Source of the DNA: Phyllobates terribilis
Lineage: Eukaryota
Direction of reading: 5' to 3'
Length of the DNA stretch: 64,000 nt
Assembly: GCF_046119375.1 (NCBI RefSeq)
Contig: NW_027362769.1
Location: forward strand, 186,496,001-186,560,000
Shown: one piece after another, positions 60,038-64,000 of the stretch
Position numbering within the stretch: position 1 is the stretch's first letter
How the letters are laid out: every line of letters begins with the position of its first letter
Notes under the pieces: generated by a model
What the model was told of the DNA's origin: nothing
What the model saw: the letters and a program-made list of their open reading frames with translations, nothing else
The model's database searches: none
Translations under genes and position numbers: made by a program

Positions 60038-63000
60038 TTTTTTTTGTCACCCATGACAGCACAACGAGAGAGGGGATCCGCCCTTCAAGGACAGGAAACC
60101 TTCAAGATAAAAAGGGTGGTGCCTCTCTCCGCATCAGTGGTTTCCTGTCCTTGATGGGGGACCTTCCTTCTCTTTGGCGGCGACAGCAAGTCATCTTACC
60201 TGGGTCGGGGCCGGTCGGTGCTGGCCGAGCACAGTCTCTGCTGCGGCCGATCCCGTGGTTCCTGGAAGCGCCGCGGGGGGCACAGACATGTGGTCTCTCC
60301 GCGTGCGGGCGGGGGTTTGCGGCACCTACACAGCGTGGTAGCCGGCAAACCCTTCGTCCCGGATGTGACGTCACGGGGCGCGACCGGAAGTGACGCGGAA
60401 GTCGCACCCCGATGACGCACGCTGGGACCTCTGACCCCCTGATGTAATTTTCGGGGGAAGTACTGGCAGCTACGGGGACGCCGGCCGGTGATCTCCCTGG
60501 CACAATAAGGGTACTTAAGGGTAGATCACCAGCCAGGCAGGGGTGCAGTGCAAATGGCCTCACAGCAGCCCTCCCCACCGCATCAGCAGCAAGAGCAGCA
60601 GTCCATGCTGCAGCAGCCCGAGGAGATGGAGCAGCCTCGGCGCCAGAAGCGCACCCAGGAGCAGCGTCCACCGCAGAGCAAGAGCAGTGGGCGTTCTGGG
60701 GCTCGCAGCACCAAGGATTCAAGATCCAGCCGGCATAGCTCCTGCAGGATCGATGATTCCGCGGTCTTCCGAGGAGAAGTATCGGATACCGTCCTGCCTC
60801 CCCTTCCGGTACCCTGTTTTTATCTACTGGGTGGTGATTGAGCTACGTGAAAGTCGACGTATTAATGTAGACTTTTTTTCTGTTGGTCTCTCTCTCTCTC
60901 CCTCTCCTTCCTCCCTTATATGGTCAGGATGTCCCTAAAAAATGTACGGAGAAATCCAAGTACAGAGTATATGCCCTGTGTGAACGGGGTCTGACTAAAG
61001 ACTGGCCCAAAAGATTATGTATTGAGGAAACAATTTCGGAGGGAACCCCGGATTTCTCTTCAAATCTAAAAACCCTTATTAGGTCTGAGGTAGAAAAATC
61101 ATTTAAGTCATTTTCCCAAGCATCCCAGGCCCATAGGGCAATAACCCCACGCACCCTTTCAGACCCTGAATCCGACGAGGGAATGCTGGATGACTCCACT
61201 GACTCTTCCTCTTCGGATAGCAAGGCAGGCACTGGTCATTGTTTTCCCCTGGAAAGTGTGGATAGCTTAGTAAAAGCCGTCAGGTCCTCAATGGGGTTAG
61301 TTGACCAGAAGTCAAAAAAATCGGTACAGGATATTATGTTCGGCACCTTGGATCGGAAAAAACATAGTTTTCCCGATTAATGATAAGGTGCAGGGACTTA
61401 ACAGGAAGGAGTGGGATAGGTCGGAGAAAAAGGGTCCCCTTCCATCCTCCTTCAAAAGGAAATATCCCTTTAGTGAGGAAGATACCGCTTCCTGGAATAA
61501 AGCCCCGAAGCTGGATGTTGCGGTATCCAAAGCTTCTAGAAAATCTCCTCTCCCTTTTGAAGACACAGGGATGCTGAAGGACCCTCTGGACCGGAAGGTA
61601 GATACCTTCCTTAAGGCTACTTTGGAGTCATCAGTGGGGGCATTGAAACCAGCCATAGCAGCAACCTGTACCGCAAGATCCCTTATGATTTGGTTGGACA
61701 GGTTAGAAGACCATGTTAAGAACAACGAGTCACAGGACTCCATTCTGGCCCCTCTACCAGTATTGAAAGGAGCGGCTGCCTTCTTATCGGACGCCTCTGC
61801 GGATTCTGCCAGATTAGCAGCAAGATCTGCGGCCCTGTCTAATGCTGGCCGTAGAGTGGTCTGGCTAAAATGTTGCCCGGGGGACATACAAACGAAGGGA
61901 AAGCTACGTTCTCTTCCGTGTGAAGGAGATTTTCTTTTCGGTGCCTCTCTTGACACAATTCTGGAGAAAGGTGACAACAAAAAAGGATTTCCTTAATCTT
62001 CCTTCTCCACTTTTAAGCAGTCCTTTCGGAGGAAGAAATTTGGCTGCAGAAGGACGTCCACAGAACAATCTAGATGGGAGGATCGTTCCAGGAAAGGTCA
62101 AGGGTTTTTGTTTGGCGGGCCCTCCCAGGATAGTCGCAAACCGCCAAAATGACACTCTATCCCAGGTGGGAGGGAGGCTCTCTCTCTTCCTCCCAGCCTG
62201 GGAAAGGATCTCTTCCAGCAAGTGGATCCTCAGTTTAGTAAAATCAGGTTTAAAACTGGAATTTCTGAGGAACCCACCAGAGAAATTTATCCTGACTGCC
62301 TTAAGATCCTCTCTACCAGAACAGCGGGCACTGGAGGAAGAGATTTCGCCCCGCATATTCTCAAAACCTATAGCGGAGGTTACGGCTCATCTCAGGGAGG
62401 AGAACAGATTGATCATTCAGTACCTGGACGACTTCCTAATAGTTGTCAAAACTTACGATCACTGCCTGGCCCAAGTGGATCATGTGTGCACCATCTTAAA
62501 AAATTTAGGATGGTTTTTAAACCTAGAAAAATCAAAACTGATCCCGCATACAACTCAAATCTTTTTAGGCCTTACTCTGGATTCGGTTCGACAGGAATGC
62601 CGCCTGCCCAAGCAGAAAAGAGAGAAAATAAAAAAATTTAGTCTCGACAGCCATAACTGACCCAGTAATGACTCTCGGGGGGGCCATGTGTCTGTTGGGG
62701 TCCATCACCTCCTGCATCCCAGCGGTATGCTGGGCCCAATTTCATTCAAGAGAATTGCAATGGGACGTCCTAAAGAACGAAATCATCCTCAGGGGACATC
62801 TGGAGGGCAGGTTAACACTCCCAGAAAATGTAATTCAGTCTCTGTACTGGTGGTTAGAGACAAACACATTCCACACAGGCGTCCCCTGGGTTCCCCAATT
62901 TACCAGAGTGATTACTACGAACGCCAGCCCCAGGGGGTGGGGGGCGCACCTAGACAACCGCCCGATGCAGGGGACTTGGTCAGAGGAGGAGAGTCTGGAG

Positions 63001-64000
63001 TCTTCCAACATGTGGGAACTACGAGCAGTAGAGAAGGCACTAATCAGCTTCTTACCCCTTCTATGAGGACATCACATAAAAATTCTGTCCAACAACCAGG
63101 TCACGGTGGCATATGTAAACCGCCAGGGGGGAACTCGCTCAAAATCACTAATGCAGATTGCGGGGAGGATATTTTCTCTAGTGGATGGAAAAGTTCTCTC
63201 TTTAAAGGCCCTTCATACCAGAGGAGAGGACAACACGAATGCAGACTTTCTAAGTCGCAGGCCATTATTGCAGGTAGAATGGACTCTAAATCACTCAGAC
63301 TTCCGCCAGCTAGTGGCCATGTGGGGGTCTCCAGAGGTCGACCTGTTTGCGACCCGTCAGAACAGCAAGTTAAAAAAGTTCTGCTCCTTGAATCCCACGG
63401 AAAACCCTTTAGTAGTAGACGCCTTCCAGTGCAGATGGGATTTCAGTCTGGCCTATGCCTTTCCCCCAACGTGCCTAATTCCAGCACTGTTGAGGAAGAT
63501 CCGGGAGGATCAGGCTCGATTGGTCCTCATGGCCCCCTTCTGGCCCAAGAGACCATGGTTCTTTTGGCTAAGGAGCATGTCAATCAGGAACCTCTGGATT
63601 CTTCCAGAGATTCCCGACCTTCTTGCTCAAGCTCCTATATTCCATCCTCAGGTGAAAGGATTGCACTTTGCGGCCTGGAACTTGAGAGGTCGTTGCTAGA
63701 GGCTCGGGGTTTCTCATCTAATCTAGTTACTACTCTTCTAGGTAGTAGGAAACCAATCACTACTAAAATCTACAGTAGAGTCTGGAAGAAGTTCTTGTCA
63801 TCTCAGGGATTCTTCCTGGGGGGAGGGGTTCCCATAAAGGCCATTTTGGAATTTCTTCAAAAAGGGCCGGAGAAAGGCCTAGCGGTTAGCACCTTAAAAG
63901 TCCAAATCTCTTCCTTAGGGGCCTTGTATAATTATAATCTGGCCGGTAACAAATAGATTTCCAGGTTCGTGAGGGAATGCAGTAGAGCCAATCCAGCCCC
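60038..64000 (+). mobile_element. DIRS1-type retrotransposon, element 2 (divergent family; runs off the right edge)
   Basis: T-run start then GTCACCCATGACAGCAC; gag (KEWDRSEK...PKLDVAVSKASRKSPLPFEDTGMLKDPLDRK); RT (VGGRLSLFLPAW...IQYLDD, with an internal deletion); RNase H (TNASPRGWGAH); methyltransferase-like (VDLFATRQNSK...AYAFPP); YR start (FLQKGPEKGLAVSTLKVQIS). Confidence 0.92.

Noticed and set aside
62688-63956. 422-aa ORF as an independent gene
   Set aside because: It is the overlapping DIRS frame leading into the tyrosine recombinase.

Overview
Vertebrate genomic DNA, most likely a frog (inferred from the repeat types; not provable from the window alone). It holds the complete 13-exon coding region of IQCB1/NPHP5 on the minus strand (24192-40720; the exons splice to 597 codons plus stop with consistent phases). 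Head-to-head across a CpG-rich promoter are coding exons 1-2 of EAF2 on the plus strand (47595-47697, 56777-56871). Most of the remaining sequence is mobile DNA and minisatellite: about eight Tc1/mariner elements (one with an intact 338-aa DD35E transposase), two DIRS tyrosine-recombinase retrotransposons in EAF2 introns, two Buster-type hAT non-autonomous elements, piggyBac-like and Harbinger-like MITEs, an L2-type tail, and more than 15 tandem arrays with 17-86 bp units. The most notable observations are: (1) both divergent DIRS elements appear to need a phase-0 spliceosomal intron to build gag, and they share a terminal hairpin core and ETS-CRE promoter motifs; (2) satellites arise inside Tc1 elements between short microhomologies, including a foldback-like element whose two inverted repeats have each grown into kilobase arrays inside IQCB1 intron 1; (3) unrelated minisatellites repeatedly start within about 100 bp of splice donors. 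All long repeat-derived ORFs in the ORF track were rejected as non-genic.
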